DNA of 47,068 nucleotides from an uncultured Eubacteriales bacterium (GTDB lineage Bacteria > Bacillota > Clostridia > Christensenellales > Christensenellaceae): positions 1-47,068 of the forward strand of contig CABRQG010000001.1 of assembly GCA_902473035.1 (NCBI GenBank). The letters run 5' to 3'. A program made the translations under genes and the position numbers. The notes under the pieces are model-generated. The model was not told the DNA's origin and made no database searches. It saw only the letters and a program-made list of their open reading frames with translations. Below are positions 36,137 to 45,957 of the stretch, piece after piece. How positions within the stretch are numbered: position 1 is the first letter of the stretch; each line of letters starts with the position of its first letter.

Positions 36137-38506
36137 TCACTGCAATATATTGAGGGCCTTTTGGAAGAACTTGATCTTCTGAAGTAATTTTCCACAGAGC
36201 CATACCATTGGATAACAGAGCACCACCAATCCTGCAAACAGCAGCCAGCCCTCTGTGCTGAGAATTCCCATGCTCAGGAAGTCTCTAAAGAAATACGCCC
36301 CAATAAAGAAGGCAGAGGCCATTACAATACACAGCGCCGCTCTCAGCACGTTAAACGGCCTGCAAATTCTAATGAGCAAAAACAGTGCCGTTACTGCTGT
36401 CATGTATACATTGAGAGTGACAAGCTCTACATCTTCTAAGTCCAACACATCTGCCATGACCCAAATGAGAATGATATTGATCACCACTACCACGCCGCTG
36501 GGAATTGCCCGGAGCAGTACTGTGGGCAAAAATTCACCTCGTATAGGGTTTTTATTGGGTTCCAGCGCCAGGATAAACGAAGGAACGCCCTCAAACAACA
36601 CTCCGATGAGACTAAGCTGTACCGGCACAAAGGGATAGTGAATGGGGGTAAACAGCGTAATGAATGATAGCAAGAAGGAAAAGACCGTCTTCATCAAAAA
36701 GAGAGAAGCCGCTCTCGTGATATTGTTTACTACCCGCCGTCCTTCCATCAATACGCTGGGCAGAGCCGAAAACTGGGAATTGAGCAACACCAGCTGAGAG
36801 ACCTGCCGTGCCGCATCGCTGCCCGCTCCCATAGCAATGCTACAATCCGATTCCCGCAATGCCAATACATCGTTGATACCGTCTCCCGTCATGGCCACCG
36901 TGTGACCTTGGTTGTGAAACGCCTGAATCAGCTGCCTTTTTTGCAGAGGAGAAACTCGCCCAAAAACTCGGTAGGTTTTTGCCGCCTCCTGCAGTGCAGC
37001 TTCATCTTCCACTGTGGACATATCAATATATTGGTCCGCTCCCTTGAGTCCTACCTGCTTTGCAATGGCCGCCACTGCTGTGGGGTTATCCCCGGAGATG
37101 AGCTTGAATTGAATTCCCTGTTTTTCAAAGAACTCCAGCGTCTTTTTGGCGTCGTGCCGCACAGGGTCTTTGAGGCATATAAGGGCGATTGGGTGCATTT
37201 GTTCTGGCAGCGCCTGTTCCACCTGCTGCTCTGAGCAGCATACCAGCAGCAGCCGCGTCCCTTCTGCTACCATCTGCTGCGCTCTATCGGGCAGCGTAAA
37301 TTCCATATTTTTGGCCACGATCTCCGGCGCGCCAATGACTACTGTACCAATATCTTTTAAAACCACTGAGCTCCATTTTCTCTCGGAGGAAAAAGAAGTC
37401 CTTCCCACTGCTTTTACATCCTGCCCACCGGGAAAACGCTTTTTAAGCGCCATAAATGTGGCGTTATTGTCCTCCTGGTTGCGAACGAATCCTCCAAGTA
37501 ATTCCTCCAAGGATACCGGCAAATTATCCGTCTCTAAAGGAATCGTGTCTATGACTTGCATATCTCCTTGGGTAATTGTCCCTGTTTTATCCAGACAGAT
37601 GGTATCCACCCGAGCTAGCGTTTCGATGCAAAAGAGTTCCTGTACCAGCGTCTTTTGTCTGGCCAGCTTGATCACGCCCACTGCCAAAGACACGCTGGTG
37701 AGCAGCACCAATCCCTTAGGCAACATGCCCAGCAGCGCAGCTGACGTAGAGGAAACCGCTTCATCCAAAGGAAGATCGGATAAAAAGTAGGATTTTAAAA
37801 ACAGTAATACACCTATGGGAATGATAAACATGCTGGTAAACTTGACCACCTTATTTAAGGCGTCCATCAAACCCGAATGGAATTTTTTGTGTTTTTTAGC
37901 CTCTTGCGTGATTTGCGCCGCGTAATTGTCCGTGCCCACATGGCAGACCTGGCACCAACTCTTTCCGCTCACCACAAAACTGCCTGACAGCAGCGTATCG
38001 CCAGGCTTTTTTAAAATGGAATCGGATTCTCCCGTCAGCAGCGCCTCGTTGACTTCTATTTGGCCATATACCACCTTGCAATCGGCACAAACCTGCCTTC
38101 CTGCCTGCAAAATGCAGATATCATCCAGCACAAGCTCTTCTACCGCTACCTCACGCTCTTCCCCTTGTCTTACGATGAGCGCTTTGGGTGCGGAGATAAT
38201 AGAGAGTTTCTCCACCATCTTTTTGGAGCGAATTTCCTGTATGATGCCAATGACTATGTTGGCAACGATGACAACCAGATACATCAGATCTCGATAGGCG
38301 CCTACCAGCAGAAGACAGATGGCAACGGCAAAGTTAAAGGCATTAAAGAGGGTAAACAGGTTATCTCTAATGATTTGCCAGATTGTCTTTGTCATATGAT
38401 CTGGCTGAATATTTTGCAGTCCTTGCCTTTTTCTCGTCTCGACTTGACCGGCGTCTAATCCCTGTTGATAGTCAGGATTCCAGCGCTGAATGTCATCGTT
38501 TATCAA
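36137..38506 (-). CDS. cation-transporting P-type ATPase
   Basis: 789 aa; TGES, DKTGTITQG phosphorylation site and TGDGINDVLAL hinge. TTG start 9 nt after AGGAGG. Confidence 0.9.
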   Translation of the reverse strand: MINDDIQRWNPDYQQGLDAGQVETRKRQGLQNIQPDHMTKTIWQIIRDNLFTLFNAFNFAVAICLLLVGAYRDLMYLVVIVANIVIGIIQEIRSKKMVEKLSIISAPKALIVRQGEEREVAVEELVLDDICILQAGRQVCADCKVVYGQIEVNEALLTGESDSILKKPGDTLLSGSFVVSGKSWCQVCHVGTDNYAAQITQEAKKHKKFHSGLMDALNKVVKFTSMFIIPIGVLLFLKSYFLSDLPLDEAVSSTSAALLGMLPKGLVLLTSVSLAVGVIKLARQKTLVQELFCIETLARVDTICLDKTGTITQGDMQVIDTIPLETDNLPVSLEELLGGFVRNQEDNNATFMALKKRFPGGQDVKAVGRTSFSSERKWSSVVLKDIGTVVIGAPEIVAKNMEFTLPDRAQQMVAEGTRLLLVCCSEQQVEQALPEQMHPIALICLKDPVRHDAKKTLEFFEKQGIQFKLISGDNPTAVAAIAKQVGLKGADQYIDMSTVEDEAALQEAAKTYRVFGRVSPLQKRQLIQAFHNQGHTVAMTGDGINDVLALRESDCSIAMGAGSDAARQVSQLVLLNSQFSALPSVLMEGRRVVNNITRAASLFLMKTVFSFLLSFITLFTPIHYPFVPVQLSLIGVLFEGVPSFILALEPNKNPIRGEFLPTVLLRAIPSGVVVVINIILIWVMADVLDLEDVELVTLNVYMTAVTALFLLIRICRPFNVLRAALCIVMASAFFIGAYFFRDFLSMGILSTEGWLLFAGLVVLCYPMVWLCGKLLQKIKFFQKALNILQ

Positions 38507-38635
38507 ATTTCATTTCCTCCTTCAGCCGAATTCCAAACAGTAGTATACCATATAACTGGCGCCATGAATACGACCTTATTTGTAAATTTTTACACACAGA
38601 GCTCCCTATTTATTCTAAAATATTGTAAAAGGTAG

Positions 38636-38672
38636 AAAAACGCGGGAATTTTCCACAATTCCACGCGTTTTT
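38636..38672. terminator. bidirectional-looking terminator after the ABC-2 permease
   Basis: AAAAACGCGGGAATT...AATTCCACGCGTTTTT. Confidence 0.7.
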
Positions 38673-38692
38673 CATCTCATTGCCTGCAAAAT

Positions 38693-39322
38693 CTACAGCT
38701 CTCTCTTTTCGTAAAAGTGGACAGATAACACCCAGGAGAGTACGGCCAGCAATAGTACTGCCAACAGCAGCAGCCCCTGCACCCTACTTGCCACAACAGT
38801 GAATGCCTCTTCTCCACCCCAACTAGAGCCGGTAAACGTCATAGATGCACATGCTGCCAAGATGACGATATAATAGGCGATTCTACCCTTTTCTGATCCA
38901 AAGCGGAAGATAAAGGGAAGTAAGATGCTGGGGCACACTAGCCCTACTACCACGAGTAGCTTGATCAAGCCCTCTAGCATATCCATATCCAACGTGTCCG
39001 TAACCAGCATTTTTACCCATTGGCTCCCCCAGGTGAGTACAATGCTGATCCCTAAAATGATGAGCATCATCAGGTATTTGGATGACACAATCTCTTTGCG
39101 GGTATAGGGCATGGTATCTGCGTAGCTGCACCACTTACTTCTCTCGTCATATGAGATCAGTGTGACCGGGATGATGCTGCCCAATAATACTGGATATGTG
39201 ACAAAGAAGAGATTCTGGTCTCCCGCCAAAGACACCGCGATAAAGACAATGATAATAAACAGAAATGCTCGGCAGTATTTGCCCATCATGTAGAAATCTT
39301 TTAGCAATAGTCCTTTCATCAT
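38693..39322 (-). CDS. ABC-2 type membrane protein
   Basis: 209-aa polytopic protein immediately downstream of the ATPase. Confidence 0.65.
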   Translation of the reverse strand: MMKGLLLKDFYMMGKYCRAFLFIIIVFIAVSLAGDQNLFFVTYPVLLGSIIPVTLISYDERSKWCSYADTMPYTRKEIVSSKYLMMLIILGISIVLTWGSQWVKMLVTDTLDMDMLEGLIKLLVVVGLVCPSILLPFIFRFGSEKGRIAYYIVILAACASMTFTGSSWGGEEAFTVVASRVQGLLLLAVLLLAVLSWVLSVHFYEKREL

Positions 39323-39323
39323 A

Positions 39324-40166
39324 TTATCTTTCTCCTTTCACCATATAGACAAATAGTTCTTCCATGCTGACCGGCCCAACAACCATCCCACTGGGCATTT
39401 TATCTCGTCTCACTACCGCTTCTACACCATAGGCAGAGGTTTTTATTCCTTTAATTCCCTGAGGATCCAGTTCAGCTAGCTGTTCTCTGCTACAGCGAAT
39501 CATGCCATACTCCTCTAACAGCCGATCCTTCTCCTCAAATAGCAACAACTTTCCCTGATGTAAAAAGGCAATATAATCGCAGATCTTTTCCAAATCTCCT
39601 ACAATATGGGAAGAAAACAGCACCGAGTGGCTCTCATCCCTGGTAAACTCTCCAAAGATCTCTACTACTTCATCCCTTACTACCGGGTCCAGGCCGTTGG
39701 TGGCTTCATCTAGTATGAGCAACTTTGCATGATGAGAAAGGGCTACGGATATCCCCAACTTCATCCGCATACCGTTGGAAAAGTCCTTAAATTCCTTTTC
39801 CAAAGGCAACCCCAACTGCTTTAAATAGCCAAAATAGACTTCTTCCTCCCAATGGCGATAGGTATTTCTCATCACATGGTTGATTTGTTTGGGCGTCATA
39901 CAGCCGGGATATCCCACTTCGTCGAGCACGACGCCGATGTCTTCTTTTATTTTGGCCAGGTTTCCCTCACATTCCCTGTCAAAGATTTTAATCTTCCCGC
40001 TGGTTTTGCGGCTCATTCCCAAAATCGACTTGATTAGCGTGGTTTTCCCCGCGCCATTTTCTCCAATGAGGCCCAAAATACACCCACTGGGCAGGGTAAA
40101 GCTCACATGATCTAACGTAAATCCAGGGTAGGATTTGCTGAGATTTTGGATTTCCAATGCATTCAT
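39324..40166 (-). CDS. ABC transporter ATP-binding protein
   Basis: Walker A GENGAGKTT, signature SNGMRMK, Walker B LILDEAT. Confidence 0.88.
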   Translation of the reverse strand: MNALEIQNLSKSYPGFTLDHVSFTLPSGCILGLIGENGAGKTTLIKSILGMSRKTSGKIKIFDRECEGNLAKIKEDIGVVLDEVGYPGCMTPKQINHVMRNTYRHWEEEVYFGYLKQLGLPLEKEFKDFSNGMRMKLGISVALSHHAKLLILDEATNGLDPVVRDEVVEIFGEFTRDESHSVLFSSHIVGDLEKICDYIAFLHQGKLLLFEEKDRLLEEYGMIRCSREQLAELDPQGIKGIKTSAYGVEAVVRRDKMPSGMVVGPVSMEELFVYMVKGER

Positions 40167-40543
40167 TGTTCATCCTCCTGGGTTATGATATCTAACATTT
40201 GGATAATTTCCTGTTTTCCTATGTTACACGAAGCAGCTAGTTTCACGATGCATTGCAGATGCTCCTCTATTTGTCTTAAGTTTTCCTCTTGCAAGAGCTG
40301 TGTATTCTTTTTGGATACAAAACATCCCTTCGCTGCTACCGTATAGATAAATCCCTCTTTTTCCAGCTCGTCATACGCCCTTTTGGTGGTAATCACACTA
40401 ATGTGAAGGTCTTTTGCCAAGTTTCGTATGGATGGCAAAGGGTCGTCTTCTTGTAATGCTCCGCTGATAATTTGGCTTTTTATTTGGGAGTATATTTGGT
40501 CGTAAATGGGGGAGCCACTTTTGTTATCGATAAAAATGTTCAC
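40163..40543 (-). CDS. GntR-family (YtrA-type) transcriptional regulator
   Basis: 126 aa; PIYDQIYSQIKSQIISG...LPSIRNLAKDLHISVITTKRAYDELE winged HTH with a short C-terminus. GTG start after AGGAGG; 4-nt overlap with the ATPase gene. Confidence 0.85.
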   Translation of the reverse strand: MNIFIDNKSGSPIYDQIYSQIKSQIISGALQEDDPLPSIRNLAKDLHISVITTKRAYDELEKEGFIYTVAAKGCFVSKKNTQLLQEENLRQIEEHLQCIVKLAASCNIGKQEIIQMLDIITQEDEQ

Positions 40544-40560
40544 GGGCGCCTCCTGATCAT

Positions 40561-40601
40561 CTGTATATATACAGTATATACAAAATGTACAGTTATGTCA
40601 A
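40561..40601 (-). promoter_or_regulatory. promoter plus palindromic operator of the ytrA-like operon
   Basis: Minus strand: TTGACA (40596-40601), 17 nt, TATACT (40573-40578). A perfect 14-bp palindrome CTGTATATATACAG (40561-40574) overlaps -10/+1. Confidence 0.6.
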
Positions 40602-40724
40602 GTACTTCATCCAAAAAATTTTAACTAATTGCACATGCCCAATCGTGGCAGTATTTCCATTTCAGCGCTATAACAAGCAGCAAAATTTTTAACTATTTTT
40701 GAGTAAATATTTCTGCTTAAGCAG

Positions 40725-40759
40725 CATAAAAATAGCATGTTTTATGAAAAACATGCTAT
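40725..40759 (-). terminator. terminator downstream of the alarmone synthetase
   Basis: 12-bp perfect stem ATAGCATGTTTT/AAAACATGCTAT followed by TTTTTAT on the minus strand. Confidence 0.7.
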
Positions 40760-40855
40760 AATAAATTTTTATTCTTTTGCTGCACCCATCTGTCAAACAA
40801 CACGATCCTTCTTTTTTCAGCTAGCAGGTGCTTCGCGGTCGCTAACATCTAGAGG

Positions 40856-41557
40856 TTATTGTGCTTGAATGCGTTTTTTCAGCTGTTGCATTTTGGCATC
40901 CGTCTGTGCGATTGTGTCTGCACAGGCTTTTAGCTCATCAGCTATGATCTGTACATCTGGCGCATTGTTTTTGTACCGAATTTGATGTTCCAGGCTAGCC
41001 CAAAAGTCCATTGCTACAGTACGAATCTGTATCTCCACCCGGATCATTTCCTTTCCTGTAGAGAAAAATACCGGGGTTTCGATAATGAGGTGCAAGCTGC
41101 GATACCCATTTGCTTTAGGATTTTTAATGTAATCTTTCTGGGCAATGAGCACCACATCGTCTTGTTTCAGTAACAACTCTGCTACATCATAAATGTCGTC
41201 AATAAATGAGCAGATTACTCGTATCCCCGCCACATCATTTAAGTACTTTGATATGGCCTCTACCTCAATGGGCTTATTCAATTTATTAAGTTTCCCCGCA
41301 ATGCTGTACGGCCGTTTAATGCGAGATTGGATGCTCTCAATGGGATTATGTTCTGTGAAGGTGGAAAGCTCATCGTTGAGTATTTCCAGCTTAGTTGTCA
41401 CCTCACGAATCGCTGAGCGGTACTTTATCATCAATTCTTCATACTGAAATACCCGTTTAAGCATTTCATCCGTAACTTCTTCCCCATCATTGCCGCCAAA
41501 AAAATCCTTTAACGCTTCTTTTCTCTCTGCTAATTTAGTTTCGTATGCCGCCTTCAT
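40856..41557 (-). CDS. small alarmone synthetase (RelQ/YwaC-type GTP pyrophosphokinase)
   Basis: 233 aa; RelA/SpoT synthetase core DVAGIRVICSF...GYRSLHLII...EIQIRT..DFWASLEH. Confidence 0.88.
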   Translation of the reverse strand: MKAAYETKLAERKEALKDFFGGNDGEEVTDEMLKRVFQYEELMIKYRSAIREVTTKLEILNDELSTFTEHNPIESIQSRIKRPYSIAGKLNKLNKPIEVEAISKYLNDVAGIRVICSFIDDIYDVAELLLKQDDVVLIAQKDYIKNPKANGYRSLHLIIETPVFFSTGKEMIRVEIQIRTVAMDFWASLEHQIRYKNNAPDVQIIADELKACADTIAQTDAKMQQLKKRIQAQ

Positions 41558-41596
41558 TTCTATATTCCTTGGTTACCTCCCTTGTCTCGTCTTACA

Positions 41597-42025
41597 TTAC
41601 AATTGGTATCTTTTTTTTCGGACTCTTGCGGAAATATCCTTTAATTCCTCTTTGGATAGGTCTTCTAAATGTTCTAAACGGTCTAAAAACTTTACAACAC
41701 TTTCCCGGCTTTTTATCTTATTGAACTCCGTGAAATAGCTTACAATTACCCCTGGAATAAACGCCACAATTAAAAGTCCATATACTGTCAGCAGAATAGT
41801 CAATACTCTGCCCACCTCGCTTGTAACGACAAGATCCCCAAAGCCTACCGTAGTGCAAGCGGCAAAACAGTACCACAGGCTATCGCTAAAGCTATTGATG
41901 ACCGGATCGACAAGCCAAATTAACACTGTAGTTATGAAAAAATAAATGAGAAAGCCCAATAAAAGCTTATACATATGCGTTGTCTTCATAATTTTATGCA
42001 ATAGCCTAAGTCGCTTTGCATCCAT
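41597..42025 (-). CDS. two-TM potassium channel protein
   Basis: 142 aa; selectivity filter TTVGFGD between two hydrophobic helices. Confidence 0.8.
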   Translation of the reverse strand: MDAKRLRLLHKIMKTTHMYKLLLGFLIYFFITTVLIWLVDPVINSFSDSLWYCFAACTTVGFGDLVVTSEVGRVLTILLTVYGLLIVAFIPGVIVSYFTEFNKIKSRESVVKFLDRLEHLEDLSKEELKDISARVRKKRYQL

Positions 42026-42144
42026 TTCGTATTCCCTCCATCATTACATGGATTCTCATTTTAGCTCAAATCATTTCTATTAATAGATTTCTTTTTACCG
42101 TATATATACTAGATTTAAGCATCTCATCTTTCATCCAATTTCTA

Positions 42145-43539
42145 CTAGCTCTGGTTTTTCATTTGCTCTTTTGGAGGTTCAGAAATCTTTCCTAGAGCCT
42201 TTTTGAACTGGAAGGTAAAGAGGATTGCCGTAAAAGTAACAGCTAGAAAATCCGCCACTGGCTCTGCCATATATACCGCCATAGTTTTGTCTTGGGTAAA
42301 TATCAGTGGCATAATGTAGATCAGTGGTATGAGCAATACGAATTTTCTCATCACAGCCACCACAATGGAGCTCCCCGCTTTTCCTAGGGCCGTAAAAGTC
42401 ATTTGGCAGGCCATCTGTATTCCAAAGAGAAGCAGACATGCCATATAGACTCTCAGTGCTGTTTTGGTAAATTCCAATAGTGTTGCATCGTTGGTAAACA
42501 TCGCTGCAAATCCCTGGGGGAATATCATAACACATGCCCAAAGAATTACTGCATAGCACAGGCTGGCTTTTAGTAGCAGCTTAAAGGCGCCTTTGACCCG
42601 ATCCACGTTTTTCGCCCCATAGTTGTAGCTGATAATCGGCTGGGCACCTTGCCCAAGTCCCTGCAAAGGCAGCATGGCAAACTGCATCACACTGGTTAAA
42701 ATGGTCATCGCGCCCACTGCCGTATCTCCCCCATATTTCAGCAGAGAGGAGTTGAAGCAGACGGAAATGATGCTTTCACTGGCCTGCATGATAAAAACAG
42801 ATAAACCCAGAGCTAAACTGGGAAGGATAATCTTTCCCTTTAATTTCAAATAGCATTTTCGTATTTTGAGAATGGTTTTCTTTCCAAAGAGGAACCATAG
42901 CACCCATATGCAAGACATGGCCTGTGAAATAATAGTAGCTAATGCTGCTCCCTGCACTCCCATATTGGCGCCAAAGATGAAGATAGGGTCCAACACGATA
43001 TTTGCCACTGCGCCAATGAGTACCGATAGCATTCCCGTTTTCGCGAATCCCTGCGCCGTGATAAAAGCATTCATTCCCAGTGTCAGCTGCACAAATATAG
43101 TGCCGATGGCGTAGATGTTCATGTAATCCACCGCATACCCGATGGTATTTTCACTGGCCCCAAAGGACAAAAGCAAATCCTCATTCCATAGGAGCAAAAC
43201 CGTTGTGAGAATGATGGAGATGATAATCTGTACTGTAAAGCAATTTCCCAGGGTCTTTTCCGCCGACTCATTGTCTCCTTTGCCCATAAAAATAGAGGCT
43301 CTCGGCGCTCCGCCATTTCCCACTAACGCCGCAAAGGCCGATACGATCATGATCAGCGGCATGCAGACGCCAACGCCGGTAAGCGCCATGGCGCCAATAT
43401 CCGGAATATGCCCAATATAGATCCGGTCTACAATGTTGTAGAGCATATTGATCACTTGCGCCGCTACTGTTGGGAGGGCTAACCTTAATAGCAACTTTCC
43501 TACCGGTTCTTTGCCCAGAAAATCCTTGTCCTGATTCAT
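42145..43539 (-). CDS. MATE-family efflux transporter
   Basis: 464 aa, 12-TM-type sequence. N-terminal LLRLALPTVAAQVINMLYNIVDRIYIGH is typical of MATE. Confidence 0.88.
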   Translation of the reverse strand: MNQDKDFLGKEPVGKLLLRLALPTVAAQVINMLYNIVDRIYIGHIPDIGAMALTGVGVCMPLIMIVSAFAALVGNGGAPRASIFMGKGDNESAEKTLGNCFTVQIIISIILTTVLLLWNEDLLLSFGASENTIGYAVDYMNIYAIGTIFVQLTLGMNAFITAQGFAKTGMLSVLIGAVANIVLDPIFIFGANMGVQGAALATIISQAMSCIWVLWFLFGKKTILKIRKCYLKLKGKIILPSLALGLSVFIMQASESIISVCFNSSLLKYGGDTAVGAMTILTSVMQFAMLPLQGLGQGAQPIISYNYGAKNVDRVKGAFKLLLKASLCYAVILWACVMIFPQGFAAMFTNDATLLEFTKTALRVYMACLLLFGIQMACQMTFTALGKAGSSIVVAVMRKFVLLIPLIYIMPLIFTQDKTMAVYMAEPVADFLAVTFTAILFTFQFKKALGKISEPPKEQMKNQS

Positions 43540-43985
43540 GCTTTTCCACCTCTTTTCATAGCTGCCCCTATATTGAGCATTAGTCGGTCATTAAATGCTG
43601 CATATTGCTCTTGTTCTGCCTCAGAAAATCCTAAAAACACGCTTTCTAAAAATTCATTACGCGTATTGGAAATTTCCTCCATAATAGGCTTAGCCTCGGG
43701 AAGTAGTGAGAGGTGAATTTTCCGCCTATCTGCAGTATCCTGCTGCCTTCGGAGCAGAGACCTTTGGATGAGTTGCTCCACAGCTTGGGATACATTGCCC
43801 TTGGATAACATTCTCAATTCTGCAATGTCCTTAGCTGTATCCTTGCCGGGGTTATTTTGCAGAAAGCTGATGATATCAGCCTCTATTTGTGTAAGCTGAT
43901 ATTTCTCACAAACCTCTTTTAACATGTACTCATAGAGTTTTACAGTTCTCCGAATGCTGATTAATATATCCGTTGTGCATGGCAA
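43536..43985 (-). CDS. MarR-family transcriptional regulator
   Basis: 149 aa; winged HTH (AKDIAELRMLSKGNVSQAVEQLIQRSLLRRQQDTADRRK). 4-nt overlap with the MATE gene; probable TTG start. Confidence 0.85.
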   Translation of the reverse strand: MPCTTDILISIRRTVKLYEYMLKEVCEKYQLTQIEADIISFLQNNPGKDTAKDIAELRMLSKGNVSQAVEQLIQRSLLRRQQDTADRRKIHLSLLPEAKPIMEEISNTRNEFLESVFLGFSEAEQEQYAAFNDRLMLNIGAAMKRGGKA

Positions 43986-44008
43986 AACGGCATTCCTCCC
44001 CCACTTAT

Positions 44009-44028
44009 ATAGTTTTTTAAATAACTAT
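44009..44028. promoter_or_regulatory. candidate MarR operator
   Basis: ATAGTT-N8-AACTAT inverted repeat between the promoter and the RBS. Confidence 0.45.
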
Positions 44029-44042
44029 TTTTTTAAGAACTA

Positions 44043-44070
44043 ATTATATCATGTTCTTTGCTTATGTCAA
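44043..44070 (-). promoter_or_regulatory. marR-MATE promoter
   Basis: Minus strand: TTGACA (44065-44070), 16 nt, TATAAT (44043-44048). Confidence 0.6.
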
Positions 44071-44160
44071 GTAGGTAAAAATCATTCCTTTGTTTCAATT
44101 CCCATAAAGGCACTATGAGAGCTAATGCCCATATGAAACAAGCAGTTTCGCCGATACAAT

Positions 44161-44185
44161 AAAAAGCGCCTATAAGCGCTTTTTA
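44161..44185. terminator. bidirectional terminator
   Basis: AAAA-AGCGC-ctataa-GCGCT-TTTT. Confidence 0.75.
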
Positions 44186-44241
44186 TTGTACTTTTTATTC
44201 CCATGAAGTAGCTTGAGATACAACCACAGGCTCTCCATTTC

Positions 44242-45051
44242 CTATCTGTTTACCTGCCAGAGCATACAGCCTTTTTTCATAAAAATCTCTTCCACTACGT
44301 TGCCGCCAGCCGTGCGGTGCTGGCTTACGATGCGCTTTAGTTCCGCCTCGTTTTCCCTTCCCTGGTAATCATTTTGGTAAAATACCAGCGCCTGTTCCCA
44401 GGGCAATTCCCTTCGCACCACTTGAGATTCATACCAGATTTCCGGCTGCATTCCCCGGCTCCACAGGATGTGAAATAGATAATAGATTCGATTGTACTGA
44501 GGGCATGTGCCAAATAGCTGATCCAATTGCCGCCTTAAGGATGAAGTGCGCTCAGCAAATGTGCTGTAAAAGCACCAATTTTTGCTGGCCCGCATCATCT
44601 TCTCCAGGGTGGGAACGGATCGAATGGCAGGAGACATATTGGCAAACACTAAATCAAACGCTCCATCCCACTCTTGATTGCATTTTGGGTCCGCCCAATC
44701 CATCTTGTAAAACGCCACGTTATCCACTGATTTCGCATGCTGTCGCGCCCGTTCCAGCATCTTTCCGGAGATATCCACCCCTACTACCTGGCGGCATCGC
44801 TGAGCAAATTCCACCGTAAATAGCCCTGGTCCGCACCCTAAATCCAATACAGCGCTTTCTTTTTGAATGACTCCTTTGCGTATTAGGCGCTGTACCAAAT
44901 TCACCCGGGCATTGCGAGAATCCTCTGAATGGGAAATCTCCTGGTCATATCTTGGAGCACGGAAGTCCCAATAGGCCTCTGCGCCGTTGTCCTGTGGCTG
45001 GTTAAAAGCCGATAAATCTATTTCTGGTATCCCTTGATTGTGCGCTTTCAA
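44242..45051 (-). CDS. class I SAM-dependent methyltransferase
   Basis: Motif I VLDLGCGPG; 269 aa. Confidence 0.8.
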   Translation of the reverse strand: MKAHNQGIPEIDLSAFNQPQDNGAEAYWDFRAPRYDQEISHSEDSRNARVNLVQRLIRKGVIQKESAVLDLGCGPGLFTVEFAQRCRQVVGVDISGKMLERARQHAKSVDNVAFYKMDWADPKCNQEWDGAFDLVFANMSPAIRSVPTLEKMMRASKNWCFYSTFAERTSSLRRQLDQLFGTCPQYNRIYYLFHILWSRGMQPEIWYESQVVRRELPWEQALVFYQNDYQGRENEAELKRIVSQHRTAGGNVVEEIFMKKGCMLWQVNR

Positions 45052-45053
45052 TT

Positions 45054-45587
45054 TTACAACCCTCGGTTATACTCTTGGAAGCAATCCAGGCACACGAATT
45101 TGCCATCTTGCAACCGAATCTTATGCTCTGGTGCTGCTTCTCCGCACTTACTACAAGTTACTGATGTAAAATGGCGGGCTGGCTCCGGCATGGGGAGTGT
45201 AGGTTTCGAAACATCGAACAGCTCGTCTAAATCCGCCTCCAAAATGTAGTTCATTTTTTCCTCTCTGGTTCCCTGCATATTGATGGGTTTGAAGTAAAGA
45301 CGAACGCTTTTTTGGGTCTTTCTATCGTAAAAGTTAAACGCCATTTTGCCCGTACCATGATACAGGAGATTGCCCTTTCCCAAAGTACAGCCCAGAAGTG
45401 CCGAAACAGCGTCTACTCCACAGGCATCATTTTCTGTAATACATACCAGCTCTTCATCTTGGGAAAATTCACACCCCAAAGCCTCACAAGCTGCTTGGCA
45501 AGCTCGAACGCCGATGGCAATTCCCGGGCACACATGGCCGTGGAAATCCACTGCCCGCTCCCAGTGCCGCTGCATCATCTCATCCAT
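45054..45587 (-). CDS. FmdE-family protein with C-terminal zinc ribbon
   Basis: FHGHVCPGIAIGVRA motif and CSKCGE...CLDC ribbon; 177 aa. Confidence 0.75.
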   Translation of the reverse strand: MDEMMQRHWERAVDFHGHVCPGIAIGVRACQAACEALGCEFSQDEELVCITENDACGVDAVSALLGCTLGKGNLLYHGTGKMAFNFYDRKTQKSVRLYFKPINMQGTREEKMNYILEADLDELFDVSKPTLPMPEPARHFTSVTCSKCGEAAPEHKIRLQDGKFVCLDCFQEYNRGL

Positions 45588-45680
45588 GGTCCCTTTCCTC
45601 CTTCACAAAACAAACTGCAAAGCGCGTTATGTTGGCTCTTATTTCTCTCCCATCTTACTTGGTTTTGATGAGCTGTTTTT

Positions 45681-45709
45681 ATTATAAAGGAGAGAAATTT
45701 TATTGTCAA
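45681..45709 (-). promoter_or_regulatory. consensus promoter of the fmdE-like/methyltransferase pair
   Basis: Minus strand: TTGACA (45704-45709), 17 nt, TATAAT (45681-45686). Confidence 0.65.
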
Positions 45710-45809
45710 AACTATGAATTTTTAAGATATTTACCCCGGGCGCACCAAGTAAACATCCACCGGCCAATCTCCTTGTTATGCGTTCACTAACAAGGAGTTC
45801 GATACACGT

Positions 45810-45840
45810 AAAGGAGAGTCCCAAAAGGGGCTCTCCTTTT
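45810..45840. terminator. terminator after the Gfo/Idh/MocA gene
   Basis: AAAGGAGAG-tccc-aaaa-gggg-CTCTCCTTT hairpin with flanking T/A runs. Confidence 0.7.
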
Positions 45841-45957
45841 GCTGTAATACAGCGCCTTCGCATCTTAAGTTATAAGGAGAATATTCTACAAATGGGATGC
45901 GCAACATTTTCCATGTACCATCTATGTCACGCCTTTTCGATTTTTATCGTGATCCTT

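Noticed and set aside
45769-45797. Perfect 10-bp hairpin CTCCTTGTTA-N9-TAACAAGGAG upstream of the fmdE-like promoter.
   Set aside because: There is no U-tract on either strand, and it lies outside the predicted transcript, between the upstream terminator and the -35 box. It could be a protein-binding site, but nothing else supports a call.
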